Shown here: positions 10,968 to 22,570 of the stretch, one piece after another
Position numbering within the stretch: the stretch's first letter is position 1
Layout: each line of letters opens with the position of its first letter
Origin: Podarcis tiliguerta
Taxonomy: Eukaryota
Length of the DNA stretch: 64,000 nucleotides
Direction: 5' to 3' (one strand)
NCBI GenBank assembly: GCA_965153285.1
Contig: OZ229110.1
Translations under genes and position numbers: made by a program
Notes under the pieces: model-generated
What the model saw: only the letters and a program-made list of their open reading frames with translations
The model's database searches: none
Told to the model about the DNA's origin: nothing

Positions 10968-12165
10968 GAACATAAGAACTGCCACATTAGGCATGTAGCA
11001 TTATAATTATGGAATCCAGTTCTTTAAAAACTCACCAAGTGTGAACCATTTCCCAAAGTATTCCAAGATTGTTCTGTTCCTTGTGGCTTTTGCTATAGCC
11101 AAGACATAAGATATCATACGTTGATTGCATACAAAGTTTTTAAGTATGTTCTATATTAGTCTGATTTTAAAAATGTAACTTACATTTTTATGCAGGCCTC
11201 AGAATAAAAGGAGTGAGATAGGAATCTAAGTATGAAAATGATGAATAAATAAATCAGAGTTGAAAGGTTTAGTATTTTAATTTATTCTGTTTTTACATGG
11301 CTAGTACATTGGGGAAAAATGACACTCATATTAGTAACAAAACAGCAATCATAATCTTTGTCATTCTGGTTTCAAAAGTGGGCTTTCTGAGACATTGACA
11401 AAACCTGATTTGATTAACATGATTCTCAAAATCAGCCTCTCACAATAGTAATAATAGGCTGTATTTTGTATTCTTTTGTGTGTGTGTGCTGTTAGCTTTC
11501 ACGATGTCATTTAAAGTAATCTAAACATTCAGAATATTGAAAATGAATTCTTCTAACAAGATAATGCAAGGATCTGGCAGCTATAAAGAATTATTTCTTT
11601 GGGGTATAGTAAGCACATTCCATCTCTAAACCTCTTGAAAATGTTAATTAGCACCAAATAAAGAACAATGGAAAATGTCTGCATTCTTCCTTGGAGACTA
11701 AGATTTGGGACAAGTCATTTTGCACATGACTGGAATACTTAAGTGTATAGAGATTTAAATATCTGATTTTAATAGGTTTCATCCCACTGGGAGAGACACT
11801 TTTGATTATCTATGACCTCTACCAATTATCGTGATTCTCCCCATAGGCCAACCATAATTTTAATAACTCATCAAACTAAGCCTGAAGGTTCTCTAAAATG
11901 CCAAATATGTACTTGAACTTCTTTTGCTAGTTACAGAGCTAGTAGTTGCTACCTGACCTTTTTTCACTCCAGTTTTTTTAAAGTAGTCACTTTCAGCTCA
12001 TTAAAACATTTAACTTTTGAACAAAGGTAACGTAACAGCTCCAAACTGTATACAGATGTGAGCTTCTTAATCCACAGAAACTCATTAATACAGAAGAATG
12101 TTTGAAGACAGATTGTACCAGATAATGTTGAGACTATACAAACAACCAAACTACATTGCTCATTT

Positions 12166-12943
12166 GCGTGTTGAGTCCCACAATGCCAACCCCCCAAAAA
12201 TTCACACGTCACACATCAATTTTTGCTTAAGGTTTTTGGCATAATTTTGGCCACAACTTTATTCAAAATACAAAAAATGTGAGTGGTTGCTTAGGCATTG
12301 GTTATGACTACCTGTCCTTGCCCTCAGGGACAGAGCTGGCCTTCCGGACACCAACGGAAGCCAGCGTGGGAAACAAGTATTGGGTGAGAAAATGAAGCTG
12401 GGCATCAGTCCCTCACTTCTCACCCTCATGTTCCTGTGGGGCTTGCACGGCCCAAGTCTGATGCCAGGGACAAGGACAAAAAGAATGGCAAGCCCCTGGA
12501 TTCCTTTAACGGAATTCCCTTTCCGCATCATTTGGAGGGGTAGGCACTTACCCCTCCAAGCACCAATTTAACCAATGCCTAACCGCCAACCTTAGAAGTT
12601 GTGACGATTTGCTACACAGTAGGCAAAAACCAAATGGCACCAACCAATCAGCCAGATGGCAAAATTCCTACCAGGCCCCCGCTCCAAGGCGGACGACCCC
12701 ATGACAGGCATAGCAAGGTCAAGTGATCAAGAAAAAACCACCCTATTAAAATGAGGACGTCCAACGTCTGGCCCCTGTATTTAAAGAGTCTGACCCCTCC
12801 TCCAAATTGGCAACAATCAAAACTCCCCAGCAACCCAATTTTAACCACTTAAAGGCTTGGGTTCCTCACCAAATCTGCCCAGTAACGGCAGGGTGGCTTG
12901 TTCCCCCAACCGCAACACGTGCTCTCTGTTAGGGAGAACACGC
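12166..12943 (-). mobile_element. Non-coding DIRS/Ngaro-like (tyrosine-recombinase retroelement) terminal unit
   Basis: GC/CpG-richer block with short inverted ends GCGTGTT...AACACGC flanked by TTT on both sides. No TG..CA ends and no TSD longer than 3 bp. Minus-strand TTTAAATA (12778-12785) and AATAAA (12258-12263). The family call rests on the recalled squamate motif TAACCAATGCCTAA...AATAAAGTTGTGGCC. Confidence 0.6.
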
Positions 12944-15900
12944 TTTGTATTATCTTGCCATCTTGGAAGAACAATTTCTGTCTTTGCTATGTAAGTGATT
13001 GTGCAGAGCTTCTACTGATGGCCCTCAGTTGAATCCTACCCATGGTTAAATTTAGAAGCAATTGATAACCAAGATTAACCATGGAGGTGTTTTGCCATTG
13101 AGAGACTGTGAGGAGGTTATGATTCGTGAAACTACCATTGTATCTTCTTACCTAGATGAGAGTTTTATCAGGGGCTGATGCTGTCAGTGCTCTGTGACAT
13201 TTCTGTTTTGCAATGCATCCAAGGATTTTGGAATGCATCTCCTGGTGGAAGGAAGTAGAAGGGGAAGGGGCCAAGCTGACCAGGGTTGGATGAATTTATC
13301 CCAGCAGAGATCTTGTGAATACTTAGCACTGAGGTGAGTGTTCCAACTAAGACCATCAGGTTCAGAGGCTAAAATTGCCTAGCCCCAGCATGGAGTGAGT
13401 GTAGCAATCTTATGGCCACAAATTCCTGTATCAAATTTTGAGAGCATATTGCAATGTTTTACAGAAAAAGCCGCATTAAAACCAGCCAGTACTTGATAGT
13501 TCTGTCTTCATAAGATATCTACTCATAAGATTTGCTTATTAAAATAAAAGTAGGAACTTGCGAAATCCCTTTAGTGTCATGGAGCAAACAGATACAGAAC
13601 ATTTTCTCAACCCTTGGGAGAATAAAGAAGATGGTGCCCACTTAAGGTGCCCTACTTAACAAATCTTCAATGTTTCTGGGGGAGAACATGGAAAATAGTA
13701 ATTTGTGAATGTGGTCTGGATGCTCCTTTCTTTTCAATGCCCTAGTTACTTTCACCATTATTTCAAAAGCTTTCCAGTGTAAAATATGTAAGTACTAGGA
13801 GAAAGGAAGGTAACAGAACATTTTACCAGTTTTGAACTATAGAATTCTTTGAAGGGCTGAGACAGAAGCTTGCTAGCTTTTTCTTTTTCTTTTTCTTCTT
13901 TTTCTTTTTGGTTTGGAAGAGAGATTTTCATGTTGTGTGAAATTGCCACCCTTGTTAACCATTTTCACTACTTGCATATAGTTCTGGCAGAAGCAGTGGT
14001 TGCATTCTGTGCTGGACAAAAAATATTGATTTTATTGTTGCTGCTGCTATTTTACAAAAAAAGCAGCATGTTTCCTGCCCTCACTAGGATTTGGCTTTTC
14101 CTGAGATATAGCTATGTGGTGATATATGAAGACTAACTGGAGTGAGGGAAATGCTTCCGGTACCTACTATGGTTTCTTGCTGGTTAAAAGAGGGATGATA
14201 CCCACCCCCAGTTTGCCATCCCACCATATATCTCGAGAGGCCTGCAAATAAGGGCATTTTGATGCAGCCTCAATCCTTTATAATAACAAGTCTTTCTATT
14301 TGTACAAGCAACTTGAGAAAACATATTCAAAAGGCTGCAGTTCCACCTAAACCACCTCATTAAATGTGTATATGTGTGCTTATGTGCAAGTAGGGTGTGT
14401 GCATATGCTGTGAGCACTATCCAGCACAAGTGATTGTTCACTGCACTTTAAAATGATCTGTGTTTTATCATGCTGTAGCAGGGCGCTTGAAGCATTTCCC
14501 TGTCATTTTCATTTCCTTGTGAGTGGTCACTGCTCTTGAATAACTATTTGCCAAACATTCAGCTGCATGTAAATAGCCCTTTGGCTTGCTCATCTTGAAG
14601 TGTGTTTTTGGCAGACAGAAACAGCCTGTGCTAGAGACTGAGGCTATGTGCACATTACCATTTACTCCGGGTCCAGTGCGATCCCACTGCTGGTGTATGA
14701 AGCTGCATATGCACGACGTTAGCTACAGTCCATGGGTATCCTGTATTTTCATGCGAAATACTACTCTTTGATGTGTTTCTCCTCAAGCCAACTTCTGATT
14801 TGAAAACATAAGTCTCAGATAAGCTGAGGTGACATTTCAGTCCTGCATTGTGAATGCACAGACAACAGCTTCATTGAATGGGAGTTGCGCCAACTGTTCT
14901 GCACATCCACACCATTCTTCACACACATGTAGCTCTGCAGAGTGGCCACCACAAACCTTCTGCAACCTGAGTTCATCACAACAGCAGCACCCATTGGCAT
15001 TACAAGACTAATACTTGGAGGAGGGGTGTTCTGTTTTTGAACATTCGATGCAATGCACTTCAGCTGTGGAATGCTTTTGAGAAGAGGGCGTAGAAGGGGA
15101 ATAAGAAAGGAAGGTGTATGATGCAACCAGGATATGGCCTGCAGGCACATGAGGTCCCCACCTTCTTGAGACTGAGCAGCTCTGGATCTGATGAGTTCCT
15201 GGATGGGTGGCCACTTTAGAACCACATGTATGCTATATTGGATTACGTTATGGATATAAATGTAAGGATGCAATACTCTGCATCATATTGTAAAGCACAT
15301 GTCTTTAGCACTGTCGTAATGGTGCCCCCAGAGCAAATGGTTTTAGAAGGAGAGTAGGACAGCGCTTCAGGAATACAGCTCTCTGCAGTGCATCAGCAAA
15401 AGTGGTAGCAGAGTTTGTTCATCGCTGTTCCGCAGTGTTATTTGAATGGTACCCAATTTTCCAGTGGCCTTTCCAATAATAGTGGTCAAAGAACACTTTA
15501 AAATAGAAACGTCCCCATCTATTGCAATTATCCTCTCCAGAAAGCAGTTATATTTGAGAACACAGGTTAATTTTTTGAGAATCTCCATAGCTTGAGTACA
15601 ATTATGTTTGTGTCAGTTTGGGTCATTGTCGGGGGTGGGGAAACCAGGCTTTATTCTTCCTAACTAGTCAGTGCGCAAAAACTGAGTGTTAAAATGGCAT
15701 ATTTTTAAAAGGAACTTTGCACTCTGTTTAGCCATTTATTTCATTTGCAATTAGTGAATTTAACTGAAATGTAACTTGTGCATTTTGATTTAGATATAGT
15801 AAGTAAACATGCATTGTATCAGGAAGAAACTGATAAAAATGAGGAGTATATCTGTCCAAAATGAGACAATTTACCAATGATTTTATCAACAGGCTCACAA

Positions 15901-16655
15901 TAAGGAATAGTCTCTTTCTTCCCCACCCCATCTCTAGCTCCTGAAATGATATTAATATAAAAAAGTCCTCAATTTAATTTAAAAGATAGGTTTCTAGCCT
16001 CCTGGCTGTGGGGAAACATGAAAACATGACCCCAATTAACCTTAAACTCTCAGACAAGAAAGCTAAAGAAAATGAAATATATATCACCCCCCCCCCCAAT
16101 TATTATATTTAGAAGTCTCACGGATTACTAATTCATTATTCCTGAAAGTTTCAGAATGTAGGAAACCAATCTGGTATCAAAATGGAGCAAAATGCAGACA
16201 CTGAATATATAATATTTCTGTTTAAGAATATAAAGGGTACAGTCTTTCTTCTAAGTCTATTTAGTAGGCTTAACCTTAGTTTTAGGCAGCGAAGCTCACT
16301 TTACTGAATGTGTGGAAACGAAAGGAGGTCTATGTCTTTGCCAGCTATGTCTTCACTTACCACCATACATTCAATGGAATATATGAAGGGGGAGCCAACA
16401 TGTATGTAGTTGCCTTCATGTACAGCTACCCATGTGACAGGCAATCCCAATTGGACACACACACCAATATTCTGGAGGATTCTACGTTCATACAATTCTA
16501 TGTAAGTAAGGTCCTCTTTTTGAAAGAAAATGTGTAGAGGCCAGGGATATTACACCTGGAAGAGCCATACCTGCTGAAGGTGGGGCCAGAGGGTGCAGTT
16601 CTGTATCCCTCTCAATGTGTTCACTGAAAACAGGGGAGGGGGGACTTTTGAATGA

Positions 16656-16943
16656 AACCTACCCATTCTTAAGGAAATCAGATCCCAAACTAAGGCTCCA
16701 GTACTTTGGCCACCTCATGAGAAGAGAAGACTCCCTGGAAAAGACCCTGATGTTGGGAAAGATTGAGGGCACAAGGAGAAGGAGACGACAGAGGATGAGA
16801 TGGTTGGACAGTGTTCTTGAAGCTACCAGCATGAGTTTGACCAAACTGTGGGAGGCAGTGGAAGACAGGAGTGCCTGGCGTTCTCTGGTCCATGGGGTCA
16901 CGAAGAGTTGGACACGACTAAAATTAAATGACCAAACAACAAC
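16656..16943 (+). mobile_element. Bov-B (RTE LINE) 3' fragment
   Basis: Translation KLRLQYFGHLMRREDSLEKTLMLGKIEGTRRRRRQRMRWLDSV...AVEDRSAWRSLVHGVTKSWTRL is the Bov-B/RTE ORF C-terminus; (CAA)n tail. Confidence 0.95.
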
Positions 16944-17399
16944 ATGGAATAAAAACGAATCAAAAGCACTTTGGCTTTACAATGGGGTGACAGTCATAGT
17001 GTGGAAGCCGGGAAGAAAGTGCAAAGTATTTGTCCAGATTTCTGTTAAGCATAAAAACATGCCCAATGTTTCAGAGACAGAAGAGATTGCCAGATGTGCA
17101 TGTTACCTTATTTCTAAATGAAACAATGGCCTGGTTTGCATTTGCTTAGCAAGACTGCACAGATGTGCCGGGTGCTAGATAGGAGCTCGCAGCCACTTCA
17201 CTCTTCCCCTGTCCTTTTATTTGTTGCACCATGTTGTGCAAAACCAAGATTTCACTTACCATGTCATACAAAGGGTTTGTGGTTAAGTCATCTTCTCACT
17301 GACCATTAGCTGTAACCAAGAACTAACCAGGGTTTAGTTGGTATAGTAGCCTGTTCTTGTTCCTAGTGTTTGTTTTTAATTTCTTATTCCAGGCTGCAT

Positions 17400-17562
17400 C
17401 TTTATTGGAGCTATTTTTAACTCTTTTAATGTGTGGAACTGTTTTGAATGGTTTTTACCCTTGTTTTTTGGTTGCAACTGGTTTAGTTGTTTTATAATTG
17501 CCTATTTTGTTGTAGCCCATTCTGGGACCTTGTGGTGAAGCGTGGGTAAGAAATCTAATAAT
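17400..17562 (+). mobile_element. L2-type 3'UTR remnant
   Basis: T-rich tract then TGTAGCCCATTCTGGGACCTTGTGGTGAAGCGTGGGTAAGAAATCTAATAATA, a typical L2 3' end. Confidence 0.5.
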
Positions 17563-20114
17563 ACATGCTTAACTGACTGTCAGTTCACAGAACCAGTCTT
17601 GAAGCTGAAATAATTATAAAACCGCTGTTTTAGTGCCACTTGGGACTCTTCTTAAGACTGTTTTATCAGCTGAAAATGGAGGGGCTCTGTGAACTGGCTG
17701 GGTGAATTGTTCCTAAGTTTCCTCCTTGAGGCTCTCTAAACTAAGGCTCGTCTTTAGCCACAGGCAAAGAACAGCAGCCCTTTGCTGCAGTAGGGTGAAG
17801 CATTTGTCTATTGCACATAATTCTGACAACTTCCCTTACGTTGTGATACCTAGTTGCAGATGAACGTAGTTCCTGATGCCGTCTGCTCAGTTGGCTCCCA
17901 CATTTTTCAGCTTTTGCTGGAGGGTGATAGCCAAAAGATTGTGACCTGAGTTATTAGCTATTTTTGGCTGCTAGTATAGGGAATGTGGTTGGAATTATTG
18001 GCCACAGATAGTTACAGGGTTTCCCCCTTGCATTTTAATTTCATGTAGGTGTGTCATTAGTGTTTTGTGTGGAATTGGGAGTCCTGAGAAAATCCACATT
18101 TTGCTTAATGTCTAAGGCTGGCACTCTGCCTTGGATTTTTGCATTCAATGTGTGGGCTTGATGGCTGCAGCAAACTGACCTTTCTGCAAATACCATGGCC
18201 TGCTGAGCTGATCAAAAATCCATCAGTTTGAGAAGGCTTTCAACCAATTTGTCCATATTACTTCCACAACATAGGATAAGAGAGAAAGTAATTTGGAAAC
18301 GTTAAGAGCAAGCGCACCTATGCTGGAGCAGGTGATAAGATGATGGAGACCTGAGCTGCAATGCAGTTAGGCACGCAATTGGATCTGTCTTCAGCAGATC
18401 TTATCTTTGTTTGCCTAATAGCAACCTTTGCCCTCTGCATTAAGAGCCACATGTGAAACTCAGTAGGGTTTCAAAATATAGCTGTAGCAGTATAGTTGGG
18501 TGGGGTAGGCAGGAGACGATAAAATATCCAAACAGCTTCTTTGGCTAGCAAAGGACATCCTAAATTTGATTTTTGTTTCTTTGAAGAAATTTGTTCCTCC
18601 ACTCCACTAGGGATGGAAAAGGAATCTGTTTTAAAGAGAATTGTTTTTTATTTCATTTATGAATCACTTCCTGTAGGGCACCTCAAAGTTTATGCACAGA
18701 CTTTGGCAGATGCAAGCAGAGTGATCTTTGCCTGCTTCAGACCAACTATTGCGTCAAGTACCCACTTATCATTTGTGCATTGTTTGAGCCACTTGTTAAT
18801 TGCTTTTTTTAAACCTACTTATATGCAATTGAAATGTGTGCTATACAAGTAACATGCAGAAAAGGGTTAAGCTTCATGTGTAACTGTATTTCTGCAGCAT
18901 AATTCTCTGTGTGTTCTTACAGAGTTATATGTACTGTTGTATTTATCTGATTACTTTAGGAAACCTGACGCCTACATGTACCATAATACATATAATAATG
19001 CTTATAACACATGAGAATTATTTCTATTTTTAGCAGAACTGGGTTTTCTAAACTCACTTTTTATCAAGATCAAGGGAATTGGGGGAAAATCCATGTGGAT
19101 AAGCCTCACATTTGATATTTTCCGAAGCTTCCAACTCTTTACGCCAGTTATGTCATATCTCAAATTGGATTTGAAAATCTCTTCACTTTGAGAAACAGAC
19201 ATTAAGTACACATTTCCATTGGGCAAGTAGAACTAGTTATTGGGTTCTATGGGCCCTGCAACCCCAATATACAGCAGTGTGGATTAACGAGTTGTCCATT
19301 TGCCAGTTGAGTAGGGTTTTTTGGGGTGGGGTGGGGTGATTCTCACCAATTTTGTTTGTGTGTGTTTACTTCTCCACACTGCAGAAGTGTGCAGCAATAT
19401 GGTTTTGCACTTTGGTCTCACTCTAAGTGGATGTATCAACTTACTGCTGATCAGAACTGACAGCTTTGTGTGGGCCGGCTTGGATGTTAAGACAGGCTGC
19501 AGTAGTGAGTACTCTGAGGCATATTGACAGTGAAGGGTTGCTTACCCAAGCTATCTCTCATTGCCATCCCACTTTGAGAAGGGAGTTTTTCTAAAGCTGT
19601 CCAGGTAGGATGGGATGTAGCAGTCAGTTGCCTCTTTCATTCACCTGTAAGGTGAGCCACTGAAACACTATTCGCAGATCCATTAAATGACTGATTCAGC
19701 ATGTGGACTCACTTGGCTAAGGAAGAGAGTAGGAGGTTATTTCAGCTCTCTCTGTAAGTCTGCAGGATGCCCACATCGGTGGAAAAATATGTCTAGCTGC
19801 TACTTTTTGTACCTTATACGTTAAAAAAAAGCCATGGCCTTTTAACCCCCTTTTATTGTTTTGTGTCTTCAGTCCTGGGAGTGCGGCAAAGCTTCCATTA
19901 AACCTAATTGTAGCAAATGAGCAACATAACCAAAGAAAATGTATTCTGCCTAGATTCCAAATAAGACAAATTTCAGCCATAGATGTAGAGCCACTAAATT
20001 TGTGGGAGCTGCGGGATGCTGCTCCTATTCCTAATTAACACAGCAAGCTAGCACGATTTGAAATCTGTTCTTATCCAAATATGAAATAGGTCATTTTTTT
20101 AGTCCAAAAAGATA

Positions 20115-20358
20115 CAGTGGAACCTAGGTTTTCAGATGCTTCCGTTGATGAATGATTTGGAACTCGTACACCGTAAACCCGGAAGTAAATGCTTCCATTT
20201 TCAAACACGCCTTGGAAGTCAATCTTCCAAGGCAGCTTCCGTATTTAGTTTTTCATATTAATTTTTTTCGTTTTGAGGCTCCATATTGAGTTTTCAAACA
20301 TTTTGGAACTTGAACGGTCTTCTGGAATGGATTACGTTCAAAATCTGAGGTTCCACTG
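20115..20358. mobile_element. Tc1/mariner (pogo/Tigger-like) MITE
   Basis: TIRs CAGTGGAACCT...AGGTTCCACTG; TA TSD at 20113-20114 and 20359-20360. Confidence 0.9.
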
Positions 20359-21787
20359 TACTGAGATAGAGGGATTGTAAGTAACTGGTCCATGGTTCCT
20401 CCAGTGAACTCAGAGCTGAACTGGCAAATCAGGTGGTGGTTTATGGCAGTTAAAGCGGGGGAGGAGAGATAGGCAGGTAGTCTGACAAGTGGAGGGGAGG
20501 CGATCGACACAGAGGTAAAGAATATATTTTCCAGTTCCTGTCAATTTTACCAATACATAATTCTTAGTGTCTGGATGTTCAATACTTACTGCTTCCCCAG
20601 CCTCTAGTTCTTCTGCATTCCATCCCTCACTCCGCAGCTTCTGGAAACCCATCCTATGTACCCACTCGTACCCAATCAACATTCATCACCCAGCCCCAAG
20701 TTGCTTTTCTATGTTGCTGTTTTTTAAAAAACAACAACAGTCCCTCCATTTATCACTGGCCCTGGCCCTTTCACCCATTCTTAAATCACAGGCCCTTCAC
20801 TTAGGCTGCACCCAGATTCCAAAAGTTTGCCTTTCATCAAATGCTGGCAACCCCAATTCTGATAGAATGGTGCATTGTTTTCTGCTAGGAGGTGGTTTCC
20901 AGACTGAGCCCAAGTTGCGAAACCATAAGAAGTCAGAACGCCACATTAACCCTCCACGTAGCACCTGAATGACACAGTAATATACGGTACCTTCCTAAAA
21001 GGCATGTACATAATTTTTCCTTTTAAAGTTTGCTGTAGAAGCTTTATGAAGATGTGTTGATTTAAAGTTGTGTCTTAATGCCCCTGATAAATTTGGTGCT
21101 TTTTATTACTGACAAGTACTGTGTGTTTAGTTATGTAACAATAAATGTAAGGATGTAAACTTGTTTTTTTCTGAGTAATATTACCTCCACGGCATAACAA
21201 TTTCATTCACCTATTCATGTACATTTTGGAGATACAGTTAAAATATTGACAGTGTCGTACACTGTCACCTACCCATGCTTTTCTTATTATTTGGGACTGT
21301 ATTTCTTAGCCACATCATGCAATATGAATCAAGATGGAATTTATGTATTAGTTTTCAGCAGGCTCGCCTGCGGGTATGTAAGTAATAAACCAATACGATA
21401 CATCAGGAAGGGACAGATTCTTATAAGTAACATTTAATCACATTTTAGAGCAGAGTTTATTCAATTATGAATTGGTTACATAGTGGAGAGCAGTAATGTT
21501 AGGTGAATATTTATAGAGGGATGAAGGCGATTCAGTGGAATGGTAGACACATCTCTCTGTACATTACGTTAGAAAGAACAGCCCACAATTAAGTTTAAAA
21601 TATAACAGACATTCCTATCATCCAAGCCTTCTCTAGGGGTTCATGGGGCAGAATAAAGTACTTCTTTGCACAATGGGTAATTAATCTATGGAGTTCTATT
21701 CCATACAAACTGATGAAGACTATTAGCTTAGATTGCTTCGAAGGGGAATTCATAAATGCTGGGCATATCACTGACAATTTCCATTAA

Positions 21788-21990
21788 AACGTAATAAGGG
21801 TTCTGCTGGATCAGACCAAAGAAGCATCTAGTCCAGCATTTTGTTCTCACAGTGCTCAACCACATGCCCAGCGGAAGCCCATAAGTGCAGCAGCAACTCT
21901 CCCCACTTGCATGGCTCAGCAACTTGTATTCAGAAGCTTGCTGCTTCCAACAATGGAAATAGCAGCCTGTGATAGCCTTGATGGCCGAAT
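21788..21990 (-). mobile_element. CR1 LINE 3'UTR fragment
   Basis: CTGGATCAG..CATCTAGTCCAGCAT..TGTTCTCACAGTG is the reverse complement of motifs in 4965-5219. Confidence 0.75.
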
Positions 21991-22396
21991 TGAATCTACT
22001 TGTTCAAAGGCATAGAATACCAGTTGCTGAGAAACAACAGTGGGACAGTGCGATTGTGTTTGTGTGGGGGTTTGGTGAATATATATTGTGTGTGTGTGTT
22101 TAAACAAAGAAATGTGCCCATTCATAAAATCCCACAAACTCAAACGTTTGTCAGGTATTACAAGTCTTGAAGTGCCTCTTATCCCACTGCCTGATTTATT
22201 TAAAATTTTGCTGGCCAATTTCCCCTCAGATCTGCAACTGGTATGATGAACCTGGGACCACAATGTGATCATTACACATCACAAAGCATGCATACAGCAA
22301 ATAATGATGATGTGCTCTACACTGAACTTTCCCCCTTTTGTACTGTATTTCCATTATGTACATGCAATGGAAACTTCATACAGCCACCTCACACAT

Positions 22397-22570
22397 TGTG
22401 GTGTGGTGGCTAGAACCCCAGACTAGGACCTGGGAGACCAGGGTTCAGATCCCCCACTTGGCCATGAAGCTCACTCGGTCACTTTGAGTCAGTCAGAGCC
22501 TCTCACACTAACCTACCTCACAGGGTAGTTGCGAAATCCTTGGTAAAAAGAGGTGAGATATAAATGCAAA
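22397..22570 (+). mobile_element. tRNA-derived CORE/MIR-like SINE
   Basis: A-box-like GGTGTGGTGG, B-box-like GGTTCAGATCC, GCCATGAAGCTCACT, and core CCTACCTCACAGGG. Confidence 0.75.

Noticed and set aside
14673-14690. GCGATCCCACTGCTG resembling the reverse complement of a 7SL RNA segment
   Set aside because: Only about 15 nt of similarity; the flanks do not match 7SL.
14815-15273. 152-aa minus ORF and overlapping ORFs
   Set aside because: No recognisable family, no convincing splice framework, random-like composition.
16615-17121. Longest ORF (168 aa) as a host gene
   Set aside because: The core is the Bov-B ORF C-terminus; the flanks are chance read-through with no recognisable domain.
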